Assembly (NCBI RefSeq): GCF_001194135.2
Contig: NC_068981.1
Span: 197,033,757-197,097,756, forward strand
DNA: 64,000 nt
Direction: 5' to 3'
From: Octopus bimaculoides
Lineage: Eukaryota
Shown here: in pieces, positions 1-13,100 of the stretch
How positions within the stretch are numbered: the stretch's first letter is position 1
Layout of the letters: each line of letters starts with the position of its first letter
Position numbers and translations under genes: made by a program
Notes under the pieces: generated by a model
Told to the model about the DNA's origin: nothing
The model's database searches: none
What the model saw: the letters and a program-made list of their open reading frames with translations, nothing else

Positions 1-629
1 GTACAATATGGCTCTGATTTGGTGGATATCCAACATATGATGATGATGCAGTTGTTTGAGCAAGTGAATTATTTACCCCTGAACAGGTAAGGGTATAGGC
101 ACCTGTACCTTTAATGTAATTCTCAGGCAGAATTGACAGGACATGGTGTGTGACAAGGTATGCCTTTTGAAATACAGGTACAATCCAATTAGATGGGCTT
201 CTTCCCAGTTTCCTCTGAACGTAATGGGTCGACCTGAAACTGTGAAACAAAATGACATTTGTCCAAGATGGCATGCAATGAGATTGAACCTGGGACCCCA
301 GGACTGCTAAGCAAACTTCTAGACCATACAGCCAGTCAGGCAGCACTAGCATCAACCACACTCGAATGGTGCTTTTTACGTGCCACTGGCATGGGAGTCA
401 GTCAGGCGGCACTAGCAACAATCACACTCGAATGATGCTTTTTACATGCCACCAGCACAGGAGCCAGTTAGACGACACTGGCAATGATCATGCTCGAATG
501 GTGCATAGGACCAGTCAGCCAGCACTGGACAGTAAGTCATGATGATGATGATGATGACACAGAGTTCAAATCCCAGGCAGCTGATAAAAGTACCAGTGGT
601 GTAATTTGAACAATTCNNNNNNNNNNACA

Positions 630-1290
630 AGCCTCTTTTATGCCATCATCTTCCAAATGAGGTTCTTTGGAGAACTGTGAAATGTGGTTCTTAAAGAAGA
701 TATTGAGGAGAGCATGGACTGATGGAGCATCTAATGAAGAAGGGATGACCTGGGTTATGGTAAACCGGGAACTGCTTCATGAGATAAGGGCCAAGCAACT
801 GAGATCTGTTAGTCATGTGATGAAGAAAGAGGGCCCGGAAATGACCAGAAAGATTGAACGGAAAAGGAGCAGTGGGCAGAGAAGGACAATATGGATGTGA
901 AGGCGGCGGTGAGTTGGCAGAAGTGTTAGCATGCCAGGCAAAATGCTTAGCGGTATTTCTTCTGCTGTTACATCCCGAGTTCAAATTCTGCCAAGGTCGA
1001 CTTTGCCTTTCATCCTTTCAGGGTCGATAAATTGAGTACCAGTTATGAACTGGGGTCAATGTAATCGACTTAATCCCTTTGCCTGTCCTTGTTTGTCTCC
1101 TCTATGTTTAGCCCCTTATGGGCACTAAAGAAATAAATATGGATGTCAAGCTTGAAGAAATGGTTGGAAGGAAGAGGTATTAAACATCAGGAACTAGAAC
1201 TGTTACAAAGAAAACAAAGAACAGTATGGCAGGACATGACTGACTTATGTCCTGCACTCTGGACATGGTACCTGAAGAGATTGCATGCAG
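630..1290 (+). mobile_element. RTE-clade LINE 3' fragment, interrupted by a SINE
   Basis: EMWFLKKILRRAWTD...SNEE...RELL...GKIE.KRSSG..R.IWM resembles the RTE RT C-terminus and resumes as MSSLKKW after the insertion. Confidence 0.75.
899..1135 (+). mobile_element. tRNA-derived SINE (Meta/Sauria-like central domain) with an 11-bp target-site duplication
   Basis: A/B-box-like head (GGCGGTGAGTTGGCAG...GAGTTCAAATTC) and core TTTCATCCTTTCxGGGTCGATAAATTxAGTACCAG. AATATGGATGT flanks it at 888-898 and 1136-1146. Relatives at ~12340-12510, 12590-12800, 19190-19380, 28003-28430, 43560-43990, 45870-46075. Confidence 0.8.
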
Positions 1291-1986
1291 GACATTCAGA
1301 GGTGCTCAACGACAACTTAGAACATATTAAAACCTCTCTCTCTCTCTCATGAAGATGGTCTCAGAGCAGATAAGTTAGGCAAATAATTACTGGTATTGTC
1401 ATTAAGGCCTTGAGCAGGCTGAATCATTAGCATATCACATGAAATGCTTAGCAGCATTTCTTTAGCCTTTTTATGATTTGAGTTCAAATCTCACAGAAGC
1501 CAACTTGCTCTTTCATTCTTCTGGGCTCGATGAAATAAAGTACCAGCCAAGTGCTAGAGCCAATGTAATTGACTCCAGCCCCTCTCTTCAAAGCTGCAGG
1601 CCTTGTGCTCATGTTGGAAAGTGGTGTGGATACATGGCTATGAAGCTTGCCTCTTGATGATGTAGTCTCAGGTTCAGTCCCACTGCACAGCACCTTGGGC
1701 AAGTGTCCTTTACGTCAGCCCCTGGCCAACCAAAGTAGCTAGGGTAGATGGTGGTGGTGGTGGATGGAAGCTAGAGTAGAGGTAGGAGATAGAGATGTGT
1801 GATGGTAGAGGATGGTGGCGGCAGTAGATCAATGTCATGTTATGAGTGTAGATAAAAGTTTGTACAGACACAACCGAATGAAATAAAGAGATGAATCAAA
1901 CATAACGACTGTCCAATGGTCAATGAAATGAACAGACCAACAAGAACTCATTAAATTTAAAGGATGTACACAACATCAATAATTAC

Positions 1987-2220
1987 CTTGGTTCACAGTG
2001 TAGCCATTACCCCAGTAAATCTCAATGAAAATGTTTCCTGAACGATCGTTCTCCTTTTGGCGGCACAGCAGCACATCCATGTGGACATCACCATCAAAGT
2101 CTGCTGGTACAATACTAGTTATGATAGTGTCCGTCAGATTACTAGCGTTGGCTTCAATCAGAATTTGGGATGTGTAAGGTTCTTCAGATTTATCGGCCAA
2201 AAGTAATTTAACTTCTTTCC
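1987..2220 (-). CDS. ITFG1: ITFG1 coding exon 2
   Basis: Acceptor TTCACAG| gives (G)KEVKLLLADK...IITSIVPADFDGDVHMDVLL...IEIYWGNGYTVNQ, matching human ITSVVPGDYDGDSQMDVLL...VIFWG. Phase 1 in and out; donor G|GTAATT. The gene continues beyond the window start. Confidence 0.9.
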
Positions 2221-3699
2221 CTGTGAATGAAAAGAAACCAACTCTTTAATTAAAACAAATTACCAATCAGAGTGACACAGTAGCTATAGCCAGATTTGAA
2301 CTCGTTACCTTGTTGTCTGTTATCTAATAGATACAAAATTAATGTTGTTTCTACACTCAAGCTTTGTGTTGTACTGTCAACAGCCTGTTTCAGCCTGAAA
2401 CAATAACTAGTTCTTTCAAACTTAGTGCACTTGAGTTATCACTTATGAAGGCATCCCCCACATTGCACCAACACACACCCCTGTGTTACTCTTCAACACA
2501 ACAACAGGTCTGCTAAGTCATTGCCAAGCTAACAAGAGAACCTCTATGAACTGATGCTCAACCTGCTGAAAGATCAGACAAATTCTACCTAAAATCACAT
2601 TTTACTGTCTTAAAAGAAAAACAAAAAGATACAATTGAGAATGTCGTCTGAGGTAAAGAATGTCTTGGAACCAAAAAAAAAAAAAGGCTAGATGGTCACA
2701 GTTGAAACAGTTTTGATCATAGAGTTACTGGATTGCCCAGGATTGCCCTAGGGCTAAAAAAAATTACTACATACTGAAATATTTTATCTTTTACTCGTTT
2801 TAGTTACTGGACAGCGACCATGCTGGAGCACTACGTTGAAGAGTTTCAGTCAAACAAATCAACCTCAGTACTTATGTCTTTCAAGTCTGGTATTTATTCT
2901 ATCAATATCCTTTGCAGAACTGCTAGGTGATAGGAACATAAACAAACCAACACCAGTTGTCAAGCAGCAAAAGTCACAGACACAAAAATACACACACGCA
3001 TACACATATATCATCAATTATCATCATCGTCGTCGTTTAACGTCCGCTTTCCATGCTGGCATGGGTTGGATGGTTTGACTGAGGACTGGAGAACCAGGAG
3101 GCTGCACCAGGCTCCAATCTGATCTGGCAAGGTTTCTACAGCTGGATGCCCTCCCTAAAGCCACCCACCCCAAGAGTGTAGTGGGTGCTTTTACGTTCCA
3201 CCAGCACAGGACCAGTCAACCGGCACTGACATCAACCATGCTCGAATGGTGCTTTTTACGTGCCACCAGCACAGGATCCAATCAGATGGTACAGTCATAG
3301 GCCACAACAATTACTTCACTTGACTCAACAGGTCTTCTCAAGCACAGTTAATTGCCCAATGATTGAAGGGTACTCTTAAATGGGCCAGTCATGCTGCACT
3401 GGCACAGGCCACAGTTACAGTCTCACTTGGCTTGCCAGGTCTTCTCAAGCACAGCATATATATATATTAATTTATAATCAAGGATACAAGGTAGTACACA
3501 GCATTGCTAGAAATAAGAGTGAAAATTATTCGAAAGCCAGAGCTATCACTTCTACACACTGCATTCAAAAAGTCGATACACAGATGGTGACACAAGTATC
3601 TTTAGCCCTCGGCAGTAATACTCACTGATGAGAAGTAAGTATTTATCACAGGGTTTGAAATCACATGATTTCCTTTTTCCGAAGTCTAGTGGTGAATGT

Positions 3700-4330
3700 A
3701 AGCAAGGCATTATTGCCGACAATGATCTGTGTTGGACAACCTGCATTTCTAAAATCATCAGAAAGATCAAACCTGTCTTAGAATCATCACTCAGTAAGAC
3801 CCTTGTCAGATGCTCACCCGCTATCTATTTATCTGTTTGAAGTTATACATGGCTAAGGTACATTTGCACTTAAAGTTGGCATATCTAGTTTGGAACCCCC
3901 AGATTGTATAGAATATTGATCTACTGGAACCTATCCAGAGACGTACAGCCAGATGAATACCCTGTCAGCTGCTCACCATATCTTGCTTGTCTGGACACTG
4001 ATACAAGTCCACAAAATTACCTTGCCAACAACCACGGCCACCATTTTTCTCTTTAATTCAATGCCTCTACCACCCACGGACATGCTTATAAAATGAAAAA
4101 CAGCACAGCACCCACGAATTTCAGAAACATTCTTTTCATGCTCAGAATTGTTGAAGCAGGGAACAAAGTCCCTGAATTGACTGTTAAATGTCAGGACGTT
4201 GCATCCTTTGAAAACGCCATGCTTCCCGAAACTTGCCAACGCTACTCTTGATATGCCCATCCACCCTTACCTCTTTATGACTCTTTTAATGTTCAATTTT
4301 ATGCCTGTTTTGTGTTTTATTCTCTGTACT
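3700..4330 (+). pseudogene. Degenerate CR1/L2-like LINE RT 3' fragment
   Basis: Broken frames give LAYLVWNPQ...NIDLLEPIQRRTAR and FRNILFMLRIVEAGNKVPE...DVASF, typical of CR1/L2 RT C-termini. Confidence 0.65.
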
Positions 4331-4620
4331 GTGTAAATACTTACTTGAAGCCTTCATTACTGTACTTTCTTTACTTGACTTTTAAGCCTGCTTGTTTAAC
4401 TTTATCCAACAAGCTCTCTAATGTAGCTGAGCACTGAATGTATGTCACAGTACCAGTAATACAGCAGGGTACCACTATTATATGACCAGTAGTATGGTTA
4501 TACTGCCACTAATATGCTACAGAACCACCAACAACATTAGTATCAGAAATCTGTTAGCAGGAATTTTATTTCATGAAACAAAGCCAGCATAAAAAAATCT
4601 ACTAATACATCAACACACAG

Positions 4621-4671
<51 letters not shown>

Positions 4672-5798
4672 CACACACACACACATCAATATTAATCACT
4701 CTCAAAGCGGTGACTTGGCAGAATCATAAACACACCGAACTAAATTCTTAGAGGCATTTAATCCATCTTTACGTTGTGGGTTCAAATTTCATCGAGGTCG
4801 ACTTTGCTTTTCGTCCATCCAGGGTTAACAAAATATGTACCAGCTGAACAATGGGGGTCGATGTAATCGAGTGACCACCTCCCCTGAAACTGCGAGCCTT
4901 GTGCCAAAATGTGAAACCAACATTACTCACTGACTTATACACACCACATCTACCCATCAAATCTGTCTCATTTCTCTCCACATCCACACGTTGTTTATAC
5001 AGACCACTTCTACAGACCATGTTATTGTAACCTACATCTACACACTGTCCATATATATCCACTCCACATCTATACATTGTGTTTATCATATACAGCTTAC
5101 ATCTACACACGCGTCGTCAATACATTGTCTATTTTATACACTCCACATCTACATATAGTGTATATCATTAAATCACAACACCCCAATATAAATGAGATGA
5201 AAGGTCTTTCTATTCGACATTACTGAACGTGTGTGTGTTTGTGTGTGTATATGCATATTCGAATGTGTGCTTAGATTTGGTTTAATTACTGGCAACTGAA
5301 GTCAAGTTTAACATACTTTAGTTCTGAGACACACCCACAACTAACATTTAACCATTTTCTTATCGGGCAACTTTGTATTACGACGCTCGTTCACATGCTT
5401 AGACACGTCCCTTTGTTGTACTAAAACCACAGCAATGGCGTTCCAGGCGTGGTCGTCCCGTCTTTTTTGTATATCTAGGAGTATATTGTTCGATGTGACA
5501 TCCATTTTTTTTTAGGGCAGTAGTGCATGATTTGTGGGAATTATTTGTATTGGGAAAAGAGAGGGGGGTGAGTTTATTGCCTCGTCACACAAGTCACCTG
5601 CCTCTGAACAATAAAGGTTTGGCGGAAGTCAAACTTGTAAAAGTTTCAAGTTATTTAATTCGATGCACTTATTAGAGCAGAACTGAAACTCAAGAGACAC
5701 TGAGAAAGTGACATTAAAATATTGTAAGTAGACGAAATAACATTTCTAAAAGAGAGAGATTCAAGACAAAATGATATGAGAAGAAGTTCTGGACTTAC

Positions 5799-6075
5799 CT
5801 CCGTCCGTCAAAAGAAATATGTCTGTATGTTTATCAGCATTAAAGTCACCGAAGGCAGACACAACACCCCTGTCGTTGCTGTTCACTAGAATGGCACTGC
5901 TAATATCTGAAAACTCTGTCAATTCACAAGAAACCAAGTTGATATGAAAGAAGAAGACAAGAACGGCCAAGAGGAAGACGTACAGCTGTTTCCTGACATT
6001 GTTGTGTCTGGTCGTCGTTTTTAACTCCACGCACGGCCGCCGTCTTTTCATTCTGGCTTCTGAATACATATTCAT
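5799..6075 (-). CDS. ITFG1: ITFG1 (T-cell immunomodulatory protein / LINKIN) coding exon 1
   Basis: Hydrophobic signal-like segment followed by VSAFGDFNADKHTDIFLL, matching the ITFG1 FG-GAP motif (human LAAFGDLNSDKQTDLFVL). Donor G|GTAAGT (plus-strand acttac 5793-5798), phase 1. Start could be ATG 6075, 6069 or 6051. Confidence 0.9.
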
Positions 6076-6417
6076 TTCCTAACAATCTACAACACAAGGA
6101 AATATTTCTCTATATCACTACCTATATATATCAATATTCGATTCTAAATATTATAGCAACAGCCTTAACTTGTTACACATGTCCCGACCAAACAAGAAGT
6201 GACTGCCGTAAACACAAACGTATGACGACGTCTTAAAAAAATACGAAACTCACTTAATATAAAAACCATTAAAATATCATCGAAATTTATATTTTCGGTT
6301 TTAAAAATAACTAATTATTTTATTTTTGTAAATTTGATACTTAAAACACGTAATATCAAGATGAGTCTTTATAAAATGGAAAATTGCGACGATCGTCTGA
6401 CACCGAGGGATATCACA
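6076..6417. promoter_or_regulatory. Putative bidirectional promoter / 5' regions shared by ITFG1 and PHKB
   Basis: Only ~290-340 bp separate the divergent start codons. The segment has no recognisable repeats and contains several CpGs (e.g. GTATGACGACGTC ~6220-6232). A YY1-like ACAATGGCGG overlaps ATG 6418. Confidence 0.65.
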
Positions 6418-6484
6418 ATGGCGGAGATTAAGAGAGAAAATTATGAAGCAACCGTTAAAAAACTGGATACTTATTATTTTAGAC
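6418..6484 (+). CDS. PHKB: PHKB exon 1 (start codon uncertain: 6418 preferred, 6361/6376 in frame)
   Basis: [22 protein letters not shown] matches human ETLWDKLDHYYR. Donor AGAC|GTAAGT, phase 1. ATG 6418 has a strong Kozak context (ACAATGG). Confidence 0.8.
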
Positions 6485-8656
6485 GTAAGTATTTCATTGA
6501 ATCTTATCTATTCATGACTCCTTTATCAATTGCCTGTGTAAATAGAGCGATTCAATATCTTGTTGTTTTTGTATTCACCTACTTTTCCCACCTGTGTCAC
6601 ACAAATGTCGTTCAGTTACCTTGACCTTCATATTTTCATGTCCTCGATTAAACACAGCTGTTTCTTGTTATTCTACACATTGCTGCACATTATTATGTAC
6701 ACTCTACATTATTATATATACACTCTACATTATTATATGCTCTACACTATCATACATTCTACGCATAGGCTTTTATACACACCACGAATGTTGGATTGTT
6801 GTTGTTCATGATGATGCTGTTTAGCCCTAGGTAAGTCCTGATCATAAGCAAAGGCGTTCTAATCATGACCATCCCGTCTCTTAGACGGGATATTTCAAAT
6901 AACATTATTTAACATGGCCTTCCTTCTTTTAAGAGAGCAAGGTGTGATTTGAGACAGATTTAGCTGTTATTTGTAGCAGGTCGAACAACTGCGTAGAGGC
7001 TCCATCGTCATGATGATGATGATGCTGATGATGATGATGATGCTTTGTGTTGTTTAGCCCCAGATCATCCTTGATCCAGCTAACCTCCCTTCAAAGACGT
7101 TCCAGCCATAACCATTTCGTCTTATTTTCAAACATAACGCATCCGTAAGACAACATTACCCGAAATGTTTTACTTTTTAATAAAGGCGATTTGACTGCTA
7201 TTTCTAGGAGATTGAGCAATAACATAACGTCTCCCCTTAGGTTGGCCTTGATCGAACAGACTTTCGACTAAAGACAATCCAACAGTGACCTTCATACAGC
7301 ATGTCCATCAGCATGACATGAAGGAGATTTAACTGTTGTTTCCAGCAGACTGAGCGACCACATAGGTGGATCGATGGCCAACAGGAATGAAATCAACAAT
7401 TGACAAGAAGAACACAACAATGGTGATTCTATTTGGTCTTTTCTTACAAACGTTTATTGTTTTGAAATGGTTTATTGTCACCTTTCACATTTTCACAAAT
7501 GGTATGGTCGGTGGGGGTGGTCGTGGTGGGGCATATGTTAGTGTGTGTGTGTGTGTGTGTGTGTCATGCGCGCAAGTGTGTGTGTGTGCGTATGTGTTTA
7601 CGTGCTTGTGTGTTTATGTGCGTGTGTGTGTGTGTGTCATGCGCGCACGTGTGTTTGCTTGTTTATGTAACAGGAAAGACAAAAGTCTGTGCACTCGAAT
7701 TTAAGTGTGAGAAAATATAGGATACTGTATTTTAAGCGTGTATAAGGAAAACCCCTCATTTTAGGGGGGGGGCTTAAAATTTGGGGAAAAAGGTTTTGTA
7801 AGGGATTATAATACTATCCATGTATAAGAAACTCCCATGTTTTTTAACCTAATCTTTGACAAAAATGGGTTCCTTATACATGTTAAAATACGGTAGGTAA
7901 GCAGACAGGTAAATAGATAGGTAGACAGACAGACAGACAGGTAGGTAGGTAGATAGATAGATAGATAGATACAGTTCTATATTTAAGAGATGAGGAATTA
8001 TGTACATTATTTACATTTGATGGATATTTGTCCTCATCTTGCTTGTTGTTAACGTTTCGGCTGATATACCCTCCAGCTTTCTTCAAGTGTCTTGGGGAAA
8101 TTTCGAACCTGGGTTCTCATTCCTAAGGAATTCTTCGTTGTTGTTGTTATTATTATTATTATTGTCCATGGGCATATGGTGTGGTGGTTAAGAGCGCGGG
8201 CTACTAACCCCAAGATTCCGAGTTCGATTCCAAGCAATGAACTGAACACTAATAATAATGATAATAACATCGAAAAATACCTTAGGAATGAGAACCCAGG
8301 ACACCTGAAGAAGGCTGGAGGGTATATCAGCCAAAACGTTGTGTTAACAACAAACAAGATGAGGGCAAGTATCCATCAAATGTAAATAATGTAGATAGAT
8401 AGATAGATAGATAGATAGACAGGTAGTTAGATAGTTAGGTATATAGACAGGTAGGTAGGCAGACAGGTAGATAGATAGATGTTCATCATCGCCGTCATCA
8501 GCATGAACATCCAACTTCCATGCTGGTATGTGATGGACAGTCTGACAGGATCCAACAAACCAGAAGACTGCATTGAATTCTTATGTCTGCTTTGGTAGGG
8601 TTTCTATGGCCAGATGCCCTTTCTAACACCAACCACTCTACAAAATATACTGGGTG

Positions 8657-8688
<32 letters not shown>

Positions 8689-10071
8689 TGGTACCAGCAC
8701 ATAAGACCTCTCAACTGAATGAGGTTGTGGTAGAGGGGGAAATGGCTTTATGCCAGATGTTGAGGGGCTAAAGTATGATAAAGGAACAGGTCCACGTATC
8801 TTGCTGTAGGGGAGAGACAGGGAAACACCTGGTTAATGCAAGTACAGTCAAGTGAAAACTCCACAAACTAGTTGCCAGAAAGTTTCAGGGGTCATCAGGA
8901 GAGAATGTGCACCATTTCAGGGCCTTCCTCTTCGTGGCTTTACAGCACACCAGCCAACTGCCCTCACTGATGTGGAGCCCCACCTATTGTTTTGACTGTT
9001 TAGTATTTGACCTCATGTCCATTATGGGATTATCACCTTTTGAATACTAGTCTTGCTATAGGGGAGATACATGGCTACCTTACATTATATAAAGGATGAA
9101 TGGGAGTGGCTGGAAAAAGGATAATAAGAGAATACAGATGTATGTATGCATATATTAGTACAGTGGTTCCCAAACTTTTTCAGGCTGCTGCCCCCTTGGT
9201 TTTAGACCATTCTTTTGCTGTAAATTCAAAATAACAGTATTTCGCAAATAAAACTTAACCTAATTAATGGATTTTACAGTGTTTTTTGATGGTTTTAGAG
9301 CAAAAACTGATTAAAAAATTTTTTTTTTCTTTAATAAAAATTAACATTAACAGTTTATCGATAACTTCTGTTATATTTTTAAAGAATTAAATGATCAACA
9401 GTTATCACAGTTAACTTTTTGGTTAACAGATTAACAATTAACAGAGTTAGCTTTTCGATTAATGGTGCCCACCCCTACCTGTTCTTCTATCCACTTCCCT
9501 CTCTACTACAACCTCACTCAATCAAAGAACTGGTTGCCTTGGCAACCTCACTAGTGTTGGTGTCACAAAAAAAACTACTCAGAACATTCTGTAAAGTGGT
9601 TGGCCTTTGGAAGGGCATTCCAGCAGTAGGAACCATTGTGAATCCAGCATTGGGGCTCAGCACAGTTTCCTGATTCGTTGAATCTTCTCAAACTATTCAA
9701 CCCATGGCAACACGGAAGAGGAACATTGAATGATGAGGATAGTGGTGGTATGGTGATGGTGGTGATGACAATGATGATGAGTAAGGTGATATGGTGATGG
9801 TGATACTTTACACTTTACTTTGTTTTGGTCATTTTGACTTTGGCCATGCTGGAGCACCACCTTAAAGTGTTTTTAGTTAGCGAAATCGATCCCAGCGCTT
9901 ATTCTTTTGTAAGCTTAGTACTTATTCTATCAGTCTCTTTTACCAAACTGCTAAGTTACGGGGACATAAACACACCAACATTAGTTGTCAAACGATAGTG
10001 GATGGGGTAGAGTTAGCGGTTATAGTAACCGACTAAGGGATAAAAATATCTGTGTATATATATATATATGC

Positions 10072-10121
<50 letters not shown>

Positions 10122-13100
10122 ATATAATCATCATCATCCTTTAATGTCCATTGTTCATGCTGGCATGGGCTGGACGGTGGCATGGGCTGGACAGAGGTGT
10201 GCATCATTACAGCCACAACATTACTCCCTACTTTCAGCAGTCTAGGATGTGTTGTACTTTTCAAAGATTGTGGAGTGTGATGTGAGATGTATTTGGCTGC
10301 TATTTCTGCCAGGTAGGCCAAGCAACCACATTGGTGGTAGTAGTAGTGACTGTGTTTGTGTGTGTGTGTATTTGTTTTATGTGTGCGTGTGTGTATGGTG
10401 TATATTATATGTTTATTTATACATGTATATTATATACGTTAATTTTTATATATTTATATATTACATGTTATATATAGGACAGATAGATGGAGGGAGAGAG
10501 AACTTGCCTTCTACTCTTGCTACCTCCTGGCAGCATATATACGAAGTGTCGCAGTTCTACCTAATTGAAGGATAGATTACATTAATGTGTGTGTGTGTGT
10601 GTGAGAGAGAGTGAAAGAAAGAAAGAAAGACAGAGAGAGACTGTCTCTATAAATAGTCAAATGTTGGTAGGAAGGGGTAAGGGAGAGAGAAAGGAAGAGG
10701 AGGGAGACAGATGTAATGCAAAGACCTTGGAAAGCTATATATACACACATACACACATTACATACATACATACAGTCTAACAAGGTATTTACTGAAATTG
10801 CTAGAAATAGCAGCTAGATCTGTCACCCTATGCACAGGCATCTTAAATACCTTTACTTGAAGGTACCAGCTGTAACAGTACCTGAGTGACAACTGGGGGT
10901 ACCTTTCTACAACCCAGGTACCCATCCTCTACATCACTTCGTGGTTGTAACATTGGCAGGATGACAGCAGATGTATCGCTGTAGTACCCGAGTACTCTAC
11001 CTACATATAGAGAGACTTAAGTAATGTCGAGTGTGACCTTGGGAGAGTCACAGTTGAGGTGGTGTCATTGTAATATGACACAGGGGTCACCCTATAAGAC
11101 AAGCTGTATCACGGAACCTGTCTACCCTGAAGAGGATCAAAATATTCTTTCATACTCTTTTACTTGTTTCAGTCATTTGACTGTGGCCATGCTGGAGCAC
11201 CGCCTTTAGTCGAGCAAATCAACCCTAGGACACTTATTCTTTGTAAGCCTAGTACTTATTTTATCGGTTTCTTTTGCCGAACCGCTAAGTTACGGGGGAC
11301 GTAAACACACCACCATCGGTTATCAAGCGATGTTGGGGGGACAAACACACACACACACAAACACATATATATACATATACACGACGGGCTTCTTTCAGTT
11401 TCCGTCTACCAAATCCACTCACAAGGCTTTGGTTGGCTCGAGGCTATAGTAGAAGACACTTGCCCAAGGTACCACGTAGTGGGAATGAACCCGGAACCAT
11501 GTGGTTGGTAAGCAAGCTACTTACCACGCAGCCACTCCTGTGCCATGTTTATTTATTTTTAATTATGACAGATTATTTTGAAGCTGAACAACAGAGAAAA
11601 GAGGAAGAAAAACAAGAAGAAAGAGAATGGAGGCTGCGGCACCAAAGCCTCCGTTCCTTCTGAACCTTGCAGCAGATATTTCCATGCAAGAATCGGCCTC
11701 ATTAGTCATCAGAGGCATAAACACGGACAGAGAGGAAGAAGTGGTCAAGAAAAAACCAAATAAATTATTGGACACACGATAGAACGCTGACGATTGTTAA
11801 TTAGTGTTAAGACTATATTTTACAAGAAGGGAGACATAAGATGTTGTGATGTTCATGTCTCTCCAAGAGATACTATTAGCTCAAGTAGAGTAAAAGTAGG
11901 GAGCTTATTAAACCTAGCGATGCCATTCCACCTGAGACCACTTCTCATCATCATCTTTTAATGTCCATTTTCCATGCTGGCATGGGTTGGACAGTTTGAC
12001 AGGAACTGGTGAGGCCAGGAGCTGCACTAAGTTTCATTGTCTGTTTTGGCAGGGTTTCTACAGCTAGATGCCCTTCCTAATGCCAACCACTCCACAGACT
12101 GTACTGGGTGCTTTGTGGCTGTTGCATGTTACTGCTAGTTTAACCCCAGGCAGATTCTCCACCAGCTGGTTATCGGTGCAACACTCTGCACCCTTTATGT
12201 ACAATATAGTGCTAGCAGGGGGAACAAACCCTCTTGTAGCTAAAAGGACTGACTCAATCTAGAGCTATTTATGATAAGAAGAAGAAGAAGAATGATAAGA
12301 TTAATAATGATTTCAAATTTTTGCCACAAGGGCAGCTTGGGAGAGGGGATTAAGTTGATTACATCGACCCCAGTGCTTAACTATTTAATCAACCCCGAAA
12401 GGATGAAAGTAAAATCAACCTCGGTGGAATTTGAACTCGGAATGCTGCAGCTGATGAAATACCGCTGAGCATTTCGCCCGGCATGCCAACGATTCTGCCA
12501 GCTGGCCGGCTTAATAATAAGGATTAATAAGGATTAATAAGGATTAATAACGATAAGGAAAATAATGATAAGAATAATGCCAGTAATTTCAAATTTAGGC
12601 AGAAGGCCAGTAATTTCAGGGTAGGGGCTAAGTCGATTACACCGACCCAAGTGCTCAACTGGCATTTACTTTATCGACCCCGAGAGGATGAAAGTAAAGT
12701 CGACCTTGGGTGGAATTTGAACTCAGAATGCAAAGACAGATGAAATGCCACTAAGCATTTTGCTCAGCGTGCTAATGATTCTGCCAGCTCACTGTCTTCC
12801 ATGATAATAATAATGGCTTCAAATTTTGACATAAAGCCAGTAAGTTCAGGGGACGGTGTAGTCACTGATATCAACTCCAATGCCCAATCTGTCTGACATG
12901 CTCTTTTTGTATTTCATTCTTGTCCTTTTCTCTTATTATGTGCTTCATCACCTGTTCTTTATTCATTGTTTTTAGTAGTTTTTCTCTGCTGCTCTCTAAA
13001 TACTCTACTAGACTTCTTCTTTCCATCTGTACACATTCTTCTACTGCTATTAAGCCTCTTCCACCTTGGTCTCTCCTCAAGTACAGCCGGTTGATATCAG

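Noticed and set aside
73-258. Possible third ITFG1 exon on the minus strand
   Set aside because: There is an acceptor-like TTCACAG, but no frame resembles the next ITFG1 segment (…PLIMDFNGDLIPD).
8170-8232. Functional tRNA gene (also 38044-38105)
   Set aside because: No acceptor stem closes and the head runs into a repeat body, so these are SINE heads.
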